Virus record (IMG/VR): IMGVR_UViG_3300037067_007515
Coordinates: 5,202-69,201 of that record
Length of the DNA stretch: 64,000 bases
Source of the DNA: a virus
Taxonomy: Duplodnaviria; Caudoviricetes
Strand: one strand, 5' to 3'
Part shown: one piece after another, positions 1 to 6,997 of the stretch
Position numbering within the stretch: the first letter of the stretch is position 1
Layout: every line of letters starts with the position of its first letter
Program-made: the position numbers and the translations under genes
The notes under the pieces: model-generated
The model's input: the letters and a program-made list of their open reading frames with translations, nothing else
Told to the model about the DNA's origin: nothing
Database searches by the model: none

Positions 1-922
1 CCGGGGTCTTCTTCTGGGTGAGGTCGTCCTTGATGCGGACCAGGGCCTCGACGGTCTTGGCCTCGTGGATGCGGTTGCGGATGGATATCCGCTCGCCGTC
101 GCTCGTCACCCGCGCTTGCGTGAGCGCGATGATCTCGTCGATTACCTCCTGCTGATCGTCGGGGCGCTTCTTGGGTCTCGGGGGAGGAGGGGGGTCTTCC
201 GGCGGGTCCTCGGGAGGGGCTTCGGGCTCCTCCGCCGGATGAGCTACCGGCTCGGCGTGCCTGCGCGGAGCGGTCCTTGCGGTCCCGGGCTTGCCGGAGG
301 CTACGCTGTCGTCGTCTTCGTCTGCGGAAACGATGCCGAAGGCGTCACAGAGCGCGTATCTCTTGGCGTAGGTAAGAGCGCTCGCCACCTTCTGCGCCGC
401 GTTCATGTAGGCTTTGGGGTCGATAGGGATCGTGAATTCCGTGACCTCGGTGTGCCCCTCCCGGTGGTGGGCCTCGCAGATGGCGGTTACCGAGGTCGCG
501 TCCTGCCTCGTCTTGATGGTGTACGAGAAGCCACAGTCCTCGAGGGGCTTCTGGATCGCCTTAACGATGGCGTCGATGGGGGCGAAGCGGTAGCGCAGGT
601 CCCCGTTGCCGTCTTTAACCTCCCGCGTCTTGATGATCGCCGGGCACTGCGATTGGAAGCGCGACAGATCTGCGAAGTAGGCTTCCTTCGCCTGTTCGGC
701 CTTCAACTCCCTGCGCATCGCCAGGAGCCGCTCCATGGATTCGAGCGGGAGCCCCTTGTTGATGGCCATCGCGATGAGCCCTTCGGCCCCTACGGGGACG
801 AGGGCTGTCGACTCGGCGGGGCCTTCGGTCTTCTTCTTGGGCGCGGTCGGCCTCTTGCCCTTGACCGGCCTGGGGTGGGGATCGTCCTCCACGACGGCCT
901 CTACGGTTTCTACTGGGTCCAT
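1..922 (-). CDS. erf: ERF-family single-strand annealing protein with a C-terminal extension shared with the Sak4 protein (3' partial)
   Basis: Manual translation MDPVETVE...YRFAPIDAIVKAIQKPL...QKVASALTYAKRYALCDAFGIVSADEDDD matches the ERF motif (A/G)xxxTYxxRYxLxxxxGIxxxDEDD. Absent from the ORF track because the stop lies outside the window. Confidence 0.85.
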   Translation of the reverse strand, partial: MDPVETVEAVVEDDPHPRPVKGKRPTAPKKKTEGPAESTALVPVGAEGLIAMAINKGLPLESMERLLAMRRELKAEQAKEAYFADLSRFQSQCPAIIKTREVKDGNGDLRYRFAPIDAIVKAIQKPLEDCGFSYTIKTRQDATSVTAICEAHHREGHTEVTEFTIPIDPKAYMNAAQKVASALTYAKRYALCDAFGIVSADEDDDSVASGKPGTARTAPRRHAEPVAHPAEEPEAPPEDPPEDPPPPPRPKKRPDDQQEVIDEIIALTQARVTSDGERISIRNRIHEAKTVEALVRIKDDLTQKKTP

Positions 923-933
923 GGCATCCCCTT

Positions 934-1209
934 TCAGAACGGGACCGATTCGGCGCGAACCGGCTTGGGCATGTTCTCGAGGCGCTCCCGGACCTGCGCC
1001 CACTGGCGCACCGCACACTCGATGTCCGCGAGGGTCGTCGTTCCGGCGAGAAGCGGGACTAGGTCGCCGTCGCGATCAGCCAGCTGAATCGAGTAGATGT
1101 CGAGATGGGGAATAGTGATGTCCTGCGATAGGTCGGGCTGAGTGACGGACGCGCGCACGATTACGCGGGTGTCCCTTACCAAGAGTTTCAGTTCGATGAT
1201 TGCCGCCAT
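934..1209 (-). CDS. Conserved hypothetical protein (91 aa)
   Basis: Homologue at 46880-47152; GAAAGGAG SD upstream. Confidence 0.7.
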   Translation of the reverse strand: MAAIIELKLLVRDTRVIVRASVTQPDLSQDITIPHLDIYSIQLADRDGDLVPLLAGTTTLADIECAVRQWAQVRERLENMPKPVRAESVPF

Positions 1210-1233
1210 ACGGGTCTCCTTTCGCGTGACGGG

Positions 1234-1434
1234 TCAGGCGGATCGCGACGGCGATCCGGGCTTCGGCAGACGTACCTCCTTTCTCTCCCGGTGGCTGAGT
1301 GGGCCCGAATGGGTTGGGGCGGTCCGGCGCGGGTTGCGCGCGGAGTGCCAGAGGACGAGGAAGCGCCAGAACGGGACGTCAGGTTTCAGGCGCAGATATG
1401 CGGTAGCAGAGCGCTCGACCTCAGAATCGGTCAT
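1234..1434 (-). CDS. Conserved small hypothetical protein (MTDSEVERS...)
   Basis: Near-identical homologue at 47177-47377; ATGA overlap with the upstream gene. Confidence 0.6.
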   Translation of the reverse strand: MTDSEVERSATAYLRLKPDVPFWRFLVLWHSARNPRRTAPTHSGPLSHRERKEVRLPKPGSPSRSA

Positions 1435-1682
1435 CTCGCGGCCTCCCGGGCCCTCGCCAGGATGCCCCCAGAGGCCTCTGTTTGTACAACCACGGGGTTT
1501 TCCCCCTGGCGCGCGGGGAATGTGTCGGCTGTCGGCTTCTGGGGCGGTTTTCGGATACGGGCCATGTGGGCGCGGACGGCGTAGCGGATGAGGTTCTGGA
1601 CCGTCCGGAGTTCCCGATCCGCCTGGGCCTCGATGGCGGCGAGCTCGTCGGGCGGGAACGTGATGTGGATGGGCTTGCTCAT
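1431..1682 (-). CDS. Ribbon-helix-helix (Arc/CopG-like) DNA-binding protein
   Basis: MSKPIHITFPPDELAAIEAQADRELRTVQNLIRYAVRAHM has the RHH beta-alpha-alpha pattern; homologue at 47374-47625. Confidence 0.75.
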   Translation of the reverse strand: MSKPIHITFPPDELAAIEAQADRELRTVQNLIRYAVRAHMARIRKPPQKPTADTFPARQGENPVVVQTEASGGILARAREAAR

Positions 1683-2131
1683 GCCACGACCCCGGAGTGC
1701 CCGTTGTGTCGGGCATCGGTGGCCTCCGTGTTCTCGGGCATCCACCGGCCCACAAACGACGGGTAGTAGTCGTCCGTGTTCTCGGTGCCCACTTCCAGGA
1801 TGACGTTCCCGTTCGGGAGCAGCCTCAATTCGAGCACGTCATCGGTGCCGCTATACGTCCCCTTCGTGCGCAAAACACCCAGGACCTTTATGGGCTCGAA
1901 GGTGTTCTTGATCGGGTTTGCCTTCTGCACGACCAAGCTGCTCATCATGGAGCGGTAGCCATCGCTCGGGTCTTCGATTGCACAGTACACAATCCCGTCC
2001 AGCCGGAAACGGAACATCTGGCAGTCCTTGAAATGCCCTTGGTACTGCTCCACGGAGCCCGATTCCATGTCCACGCCCGACAGCTTGTGCAGTCCGACGA
2101 GACTCGCCAGTTCGACAGTCGTGTCAGCCAC
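1679..2131 (-). CDS. Phage hypothetical protein (150 aa), inserted relative to the other copy
   Basis: Coupled overlaps to both neighbours; absent at the equivalent position 47622-47645. Confidence 0.75.
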   Translation of the reverse strand: MADTTVELASLVGLHKLSGVDMESGSVEQYQGHFKDCQMFRFRLDGIVYCAIEDPSDGYRSMMSSLVVQKANPIKNTFEPIKVLGVLRTKGTYSGTDDVLELRLLPNGNVILEVGTENTDDYYPSFVGRWMPENTEATDARHNGHSGVVA

Positions 2132-2327
2132 GGGATTCCTCCTTCGGCGGACCCGCCAAGGAAGTCTGCCGCTCGAGGTACTCGCGTACCGCGCGCTGGA
2201 TGACCCAGCCCTTCTTGCGGCCCTCGCGCTGGCAGTAGTCCCGGAGCGCCTTGTGGTCGGCCTCGGAGAATGGGACGTATGCCTGCGTGCGGCCGGCGGT
2301 CGGTCTCTTGCGGATCGATTGTGCCAT
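2124..2327 (-). CDS. Ribbon-helix-helix transcriptional regulator, probably leaderless
   Basis: MAQSIRKRPTAGRTQAYVPFSEADHKALRDYCQREGRKKGWVIQRAVREYLERQ; ATG lies 6 nt after a -10 box; homologue at 47622-47804. Confidence 0.75.
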   Translation of the reverse strand: MAQSIRKRPTAGRTQAYVPFSEADHKALRDYCQREGRKKGWVIQRAVREYLERQTSLAGPPKEESRG

Positions 2328-2333
2328 GGGGAG

Positions 2334-2363
2334 ACTATAGGACGGAAAGAGAACGGCTGTCAA
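2334..2363 (-). promoter_or_regulatory. Sigma70-type early promoter TTGACA-N18-TATAGT with an upstream A-tract
   Basis: Consensus boxes, conserved at 47811-47840. Confidence 0.75.
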
Positions 2364-2394
2364 TAGGGGCGATCACTTTTTTTTCAGGCTCATA

Positions 2395-2423
2395 TTGTCG
2401 TTCCGCGCGGGCCTCGGTAGATT
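2395..2423 (+). promoter_or_regulatory. Sigma70-type promoter TTGTCG-N17-TAGATT for the lipoprotein moron
   Basis: Both hexamers and the 17-nt spacing are conserved at 47871-47899 while the spacer sequence has diverged; GGAGG SD follows. Confidence 0.7.
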
Positions 2424-2440
2424 CTGGATAGGAGGATGCG

Positions 2441-2788
2441 ATGAAGAAGTGGACTCCTGTCGTCGTGCTCTTTGCGCTATGGCTGGCCGCGTGCACCGAT
2501 CTGCTCCCCGACGAGGACAGGCTGGTCGGTTGCTGGGAGATGGACCTCGGTTCCCATAAGGCGTACTTCTCCTTTGGATCGCAGTCCGACGGCGGGGATG
2601 TCCTGTACTACGTCGACAACTTCTCCGTCACGGACCTCGGGGCATGGGCCATCGAAGATGGGCTCCTGTCGATTATCTGGAGCGAGGAGTTCGGCGTTGA
2701 CTTCGCCTACGAGTTCGTTGATGCCAACACGCTGCACCTTGTCCGGGATAGCGGAACGGCGCGCGTTCTGCTGCTCACACGGGTGTAA
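2441..2788 (+). CDS. Lipoprotein (moron), small beta-rich, possibly lipocalin-like
   Basis: MKK + hydrophobic stretch + lipobox LAAC; one of only two credible plus-strand genes; own promoter, SD and downstream hairpin. Confidence 0.8.
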   Translation: MKKWTPVVVLFALWLAACTDLLPDEDRLVGCWEMDLGSHKAYFSFGSQSDGGDVLYYVDNFSVTDLGAWAIEDGLLSIIWSEEFGVDFAYEFVDANTLHLVRDSGTARVLLLTRV

Positions 2789-2809
2789 GGCCGGGCCCGC
2801 AGACAGCAA

Positions 2810-2835
2810 GGGCCGCCCCCTTTCGAGAGCGGCCC
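2810..2835. terminator. GC-rich hairpin between the convergent moron and lysis genes, putative bidirectional terminator
   Basis: GGGCCGC...GCGGCCC stem conserved at 48565-48590 with a different loop; no strong U-tract. Confidence 0.5.
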
Positions 2836-2864
2836 CGTTACTCCTCCTGCACCCGGCAGGCGAG

Positions 2865-3416
2865 CTACCCCGGAACGAGCAGGCCCAGCAGGAAACCAAG
2901 CGCCAGCGCTGCCGCGGATCCCGCCAAGGCTCCGATCCGCCACGCACGGACCCTGCGGTCAGTCGCCAGGATCCGCGCATCCACCTGGCGCGAGTAGTCG
3001 TCGTGCTGCGTCAAGAGCGCGTTGTAGGTGTCCGTCAGCCTGCGCAACTCCTGCCGCAGCGTCGCCAACTCCGACGAGAGCCTCCCCAGAGAGTCGTCGA
3101 GCTCCGTCGAGTGCTCCCGCCAGAGCTGTAGCTGCGCGCTCAGCCTCGAGACGCGCTGCGTGCTCTCTCTCAAGAGTTGTCCTTGCTCGGTCAAGCTCGC
3201 TTGCGAGTCCGTCAGCGCGCGCGCTGATACTGCCAAGCTCTGCCGCGCCAGCAGCATGTCCGCGACGATACTCTGCAGCAGCTCGGTCTCGCTCTCCGTC
3301 AGCGCGGGCAGTAGCGCCGGCGAGAAGATCGAGAGTAGGACGCAAGCGCAGAAGAGCAACCGCGCCCGCGCCGATCGCGGCCCCGAGGATGAGAGAGGCG
3401 ATGATCGACAGTACAC
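2865..3416 (-). CDS. Signal peptide + coiled coil + C-terminal TM protein overlapping the Rz-like gene (spanin-like partner); start uncertain
   Basis: Hydrophobic N-terminus, heptad-rich middle, C-terminal WRIGALAG...LLVPG; counterpart at 48620-49048 also ends in PG-stop. Confidence 0.6.
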   Translation of the reverse strand: MYCRSSPLSSSGPRSARARLLFCACVLLSIFSPALLPALTESETELLQSIVADMLLARQSLAVSARALTDSQASLTEQGQLLRESTQRVSRLSAQLQLWREHSTELDDSLGRLSSELATLRQELRRLTDTYNALLTQHDDYSRQVDARILATDRRVRAWRIGALAGSAAALALGFLLGLLVPG

Positions 3417-3423
3417 GCTTCAC
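2959..3423 (-). CDS. Rz/i-spanin-like protein (N-terminal TM + coiled coil)
   Basis: GTG start overlaps the holin stop; VKRVLSIIASLILGAAIGAGAVALL TM followed by an Ala/Glu/Arg helix. Confidence 0.55.
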   Translation of the reverse strand: MKRVLSIIASLILGAAIGAGAVALLRLRPTLDLLAGATARADGERDRAAAEYRRGHAAGAAELGSISARADGLASELDRARTTLEREHAARLEAERAATALAGALDGARRLSGEALVGVGDAAAGVAQADGHLQRALDAARRLLAPGGCADPGD

Positions 3424-3764
3424 CCCCCCGCCCCCGCCGCGACGGCCGTGAGCGCGGCGATCCCGCTCTGCCAGGCGAAGCCGCGGGAGAAGGCGGCGCT
3501 GCACCTGCGGCGGATCGCCTCCCGCGTGTTTCGCTGCTCCGGCGTCCCCTCGCGATCGGAGCGGACGGCGAGCACGATAGCGATGATCGAGGCTCCCAGG
3601 AGGCGCACGAGGTCAGGCCAGCCGAACGCGGGCAGCGTGCCCTGCATGGCCATCGCGAGGACCGCCGGCCAGAGGATAGAGCCCACGACGCCGGCGAGAG
3701 TCGCGCCCCAGACGGCGATGTCGTCATAGATGCGACGCCAGAGACGCTTGAGCTTGCCCATCAT
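3420..3764 (-). CDS. Holin-like membrane protein
   Basis: 2-3 TM segments, directly downstream of the endolysin with an overlapping start/stop. Confidence 0.55.
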   Translation of the reverse strand: MMGKLKRLWRRIYDDIAVWGATLAGVVGSILWPAVLAMAMQGTLPAFGWPDLVRLLGASIIAIVLAVRSDREGTPEQRNTREAIRRRCSAAFSRGFAWQSGIAALTAVAAGAGG

Positions 3765-4324
3765 ACCAGCCTTTCCGGGTCCGGTCGCTCCGCGTACGGC
3801 GTGAGCGTCCACCCCCGATGGATCTCCCAGTGCACATGCGACCCCGTCGAGTATCCGGCGTTGCCTACGGCGCCGATCACCTCGCCGCGCTCTACCCTCT
3901 GCGGCCACGCGAACGTGTGGTGGATACCGACAGGCCACCTCGCGTCCTCCGGCTGCTCCTGGTAGGCCCAGACGATCCCGCGCGTAGCGTCCAGGAGCTG
4001 GCGGATGTAGGAGTGGCAGAGGAGATGCACGCCGTCTGCTCCGTCCAGGACGGTGACAGCTCCGTAGACGTCGTGGGCGTAGTCGCCCCACGGTAGGCGC
4101 GGCATGGGGCCGTCGCGGAGCATCCACTTCCAGCTCCCGCCGGTCGGTGGGCGGAGGATGTAGAAGCGGTAGACGGTCCCAGCCTGGGGGGCGAGCAGGG
4201 GAGTCCCGACGGGCGCGGAGATGTCGAGGGCCCCGTGGATGTGCTCGCCCGGATTCGAGAGCGGCCGCGGGTCGGCCCAGCGTGAGGAGATCGTCCCCGT
4301 CGCGGGGAGGATGCATGCGCTCAT
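3761..4324 (-). CDS. M23-family peptidase endolysin
   Basis: HGALD (HxxxD) and HVH (HxH) zinc motifs; VERGEVIGAVGNAGYSTGSHVHWEI is typical of M23. Confidence 0.9.
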   Translation of the reverse strand: MSACILPATGTISSRWADPRPLSNPGEHIHGALDISAPVGTPLLAPQAGTVYRFYILRPPTGGSWKWMLRDGPMPRLPWGDYAHDVYGAVTVLDGADGVHLLCHSYIRQLLDATRGIVWAYQEQPEDARWPVGIHHTFAWPQRVERGEVIGAVGNAGYSTGSHVHWEIHRGWTLTPYAERPDPERLV

Positions 4325-4617
4325 TGCTTTCCTTTCTGGCTGATCGCCGCGCCGGAGAGGTAGGCCATCATCTCGGCGCGGCTCTCGCGGATGGTCTCCC
4401 GCAGGCTCGCGAGCTTTCCGTTGGCTCCGGCGCACTCGGCCAACACGAGGAGCGCGTCGAAAGTGGCGACCTGGCCGAGGATGAGCATGGGGATCGCGGC
4501 CTCGAGGCGCGTGGTGCGCTTCGGGACGCGAGCAGTAACGATGGCCCAGCGGCAGACCACGGCGCCGGTCCCGGTTGCGGCTGCGATGGCGACGCCAATC
4601 AAGATGTCTTTGAGCAC
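4321..4617 (-). CDS. Small membrane protein of the lysis region
   Basis: N-terminal TM; positional counterpart of 50164-50511. Confidence 0.55.
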   Translation of the reverse strand: MLKDILIGVAIAAATGTGAVVCRWAIVTARVPKRTTRLEAAIPMLILGQVATFDALLVLAECAGANGKLASLRETIRESRAEMMAYLSGAAISQKGKQ

Positions 4618-4931
4618 GTGCCCTCCTTGGCTTTCGCGACCTCGGCTGCCGCGTTCAACACCTTACGTACTTCCTCCCCTACGTCCTTGCCCTCGGCCGC
4701 CGCGAGGAGGATATCGGGGAGCGCCGCCTGTATCGCCGCGCGCTTGGCGGCGCGGGCCTCGGCCTCTGCGTCCACCTCGGGCGCTCGGATCTGCGCTTTT
4801 CCGTCGACGATCGTCACGGTCTCACCGGGCTCGGGAAACCGCTCAATCTCGTACCACCCATCTCCCGGGCACTCGTTCGCGCGCACCCCATGCGACTCGC
4901 TCGCTGAAAGCCTCTGGTACCACAGCTTCAT
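4599..4931 (-). CDS. Probable tail fibre assembly chaperone
   Basis: Follows the tail fibre with an ATGA overlap; homologue at 50508-50822. Confidence 0.55.
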   Translation of the reverse strand: MKLWYQRLSASESHGVRANECPGDGWYEIERFPEPGETVTIVDGKAQIRAPEVDAEAEARAAKRAAIQAALPDILLAAAEGKDVGEEVRKVLNAAAEVAKAKEGTCSKTS

Positions 4932-6997
4932 ATGAGCACCCCCGCGAGATATAGCTGGACTCCGTTTGAGACCTGGCCCGATGCGGTATCCATTCCGGAA
5001 GCGGCACCCTGCATCTGCCAGACGACGTATGGGGCTCCGCCGTACCACACGACAGGGATCAGGGCTTGGAGCCAATTGATCGAGTGCAGCGAGACACCTG
5101 CTACTTCCATCCTTTCGCGGAGGCCCCCTGCGTAGTTGTAACTCCCAACTGATCCGTAGGCTGTACCGTATCTGAGCGTTACAGTCCGATCTGCTCCCAC
5201 CTTCCCCTTCGCGGTCGCGATCGTCATATACAGGTACGCCGAGCAGAGTACGCCCTTGACGTTAGTCATGCCGGGCGGTAGGTGCGCAGCCAAGGCGGTG
5301 TTCTGCACGGAACCTGTGAGGTTGGTGGTCTCTGCGGCCGCCGTAGAGGTGTAGATGATCGAGTCTGCCGCGAAGTAGTCCGCGGCATCCCTCCAAATGA
5401 GATGCCCGCCATAGATCATGTCCGCCAGGATCGGCGCGGTGGGGATGTCGTGGATGATCTTCCCCGCGGCGTCGCGCGCGAGCAGGCCCTCAGCGGGCGA
5501 GATGCCGATGTAGCGGCCGTAGTCGTCGCCGATGCCGATGTTGGCGTTGTGGAGCCTGATCCCGTAGCGGTTGATGCGGACGCTCTGGTACTTGTTCGTC
5601 ACCTCCGACGTGTCGTACCAGGGGACGGCGTTGGTGTAGTGGGTGGCAGAGGTGTCCTCGACGGAGGGCTGATAGAGGAAATCGCAGAGGAGACTGTTGC
5701 AGGCGTAGCCGCTGACCAGGCCGCCGATGTAGAGGTAGTTCCCCGCAAAGGCGAAGGCGGCGCATGACCCGGCCGCTGCCGTATCAGTCTGCGCGACGCC
5801 GTCAACGTACATGCTGACGGCGTCGTTTCCCAGGTCCCAGACGACCTTGATGTGCTGCCAGACCTGGAGGGCGGCGTTGGCGGTGAATGCCGATGTACTG
5901 TACACGTACCTGTAGTTGCTGCCGTCAAGCGTTGCCCGCACCACCCACTTGTCGTTCGTAGCATGGTAAGAGAGACTGATCTGTCCCGAGGCGCCACTCC
6001 CGCCGAGACGCCAGACGTATTTGTCGCCCGTGCTGTCGTAGGAGAACAACGGGCGGACCCACAGATCAATGGTGCCTTTCGTTGCAGGGGCGAGAGGGTA
6101 CCGCGCGCTGCCAACTGGCCGACTTGTCGGAGTGAACGGCGCCAGGAATGCAGCGTCCGACACCATGACTGCCCCGGCGTAGGCGTAGTCTGTGGCGGCC
6201 TCGTTGAGGTCCGGATAGATCAGAACCGCGTTCGTGTTGCCGGTGTTGACGGAGGCCGCGCGGAACCTGACAACAGCGAAGTCCCCGTAGAAGTCCACCC
6301 GATCGTCGGTGGCACCATTCCCGGCCGTGTAGGTCGAATCAGTCCACTTGATGTCGATGGAGCCCCGTACGGCCGAGGCGGAGAAGTCATAGAGGGCAAC
6401 ACGGGTCAGATCGGCAGCCGCGCTAGCGTTGCCTTTGCAGACTATCGCTCTCACAAGCGGGGTTGCGGTGGTAACGGCCGCGTCCTGACGAATGTAGGCT
6501 CCGCTCGTCGAGGCGCAGATGAGCTTCGTCAGCGGATGCCCTGCGAACACCTTTGCGCTCGCCTCTGCGGTGCAGTTGACCAGTGTCCACGCGGTCGTCG
6601 TAAGGTCCTCGGGATCGGTGACCAGGTTCGGCGTCGCGCCGAAGCAACCGATCGTGCCGCGCCCCGCGAACTTGGCGAGCGCGTTGTCGTACTCCGTGCC
6701 GACCTCGTCGTAGAGGTGCCCGGGCTCGTAGGTGATCTCCTTCGCGCTGGGCTTGCGGCCGAGAGAGGAGACGCAGTCCGGCTGCGAGAGGTCGAAGAGC
6801 TCGGAGGCGGCGGGGATCGGGTCGAGCCCTCGCAACACGCTGTTGCCGAGCGTCACGACTTCGTTGTGGGCTACCAGCGCGTCGATGGCGGAGAAGATCC
6901 GCGAGAACTGGGGACCGATCACCCGCCCCGTTACCTCGATGTCCTGGAAGCGTCCGAAGACGCCGTCGCTTTCCTGGCTCGTCACGCGCGTCGGCAT
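4928..6997 (-). CDS. Tail fibre / receptor-binding protein with a LamG (concanavalin-like) domain
   Basis: Start MPTRVTSQ overlaps the upstream stop; LamG-like GTIDLWVRP...WQHIKVVWD...MYVDGV...LYIGG; homologue at 50832-52937. Confidence 0.75.
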   Translation of the reverse strand: MPTRVTSQESDGVFGRFQDIEVTGRVIGPQFSRIFSAIDALVAHNEVVTLGNSVLRGLDPIPAASELFDLSQPDCVSSLGRKPSAKEITYEPGHLYDEVGTEYDNALAKFAGRGTIGCFGATPNLVTDPEDLTTTAWTLVNCTAEASAKVFAGHPLTKLICASTSGAYIRQDAAVTTATPLVRAIVCKGNASAAADLTRVALYDFSASAVRGSIDIKWTDSTYTAGNGATDDRVDFYGDFAVVRFRAASVNTGNTNAVLIYPDLNEAATDYAYAGAVMVSDAAFLAPFTPTSRPVGSARYPLAPATKGTIDLWVRPLFSYDSTGDKYVWRLGGSGASGQISLSYHATNDKWVVRATLDGSNYRYVYSTSAFTANAALQVWQHIKVVWDLGNDAVSMYVDGVAQTDTAAAGSCAAFAFAGNYLYIGGLVSGYACNSLLCDFLYQPSVEDTSATHYTNAVPWYDTSEVTNKYQSVRINRYGIRLHNANIGIGDDYGRYIGISPAEGLLARDAAGKIIHDIPTAPILADMIYGGHLIWRDAADYFAADSIIYTSTAAAETTNLTGSVQNTALAAHLPPGMTNVKGVLCSAYLYMTIATAKGKVGADRTVTLRYGTAYGSVGSYNYAGGLRERMEVAGVSLHSINWLQALIPVVWYGGAPYVVWQMQGAASGMDTASGQVSNGVQLYLAGVLI

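Larger units (their letters stand above)
1..2363 (-). mobile_element. Early region of a related phage genome, truncated by the window start
   Basis: Colinear with and similar to 45610-47840 but carries ERF instead of Sak4 and an extra gene. Confidence 0.8.

Noticed and set aside
1253-1270. GGATCGC-GACG-GCGATCC hairpin conserved at ~1238-1258 and ~47181-47201 as an ncRNA
   Set aside because: Only a 7-bp stem inside the end of a conserved ORF whose surrounding sequence is equally conserved; no independent support
2441-2788. Host assignment (e.g. a spirochaete or another diderm) from lipoprotein style
   Set aside because: Lipoboxes and spanin-like genes suggest a diderm, high-GC host, but nothing in the sequence pins the taxon
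3759-3764. Lambda S-like dual-start holin/antiholin (Met-Met)
   Set aside because: The two ATGs are adjacent with no intervening charged residue, the first overlaps the endolysin stop, and the sibling holin shows no comparable motif
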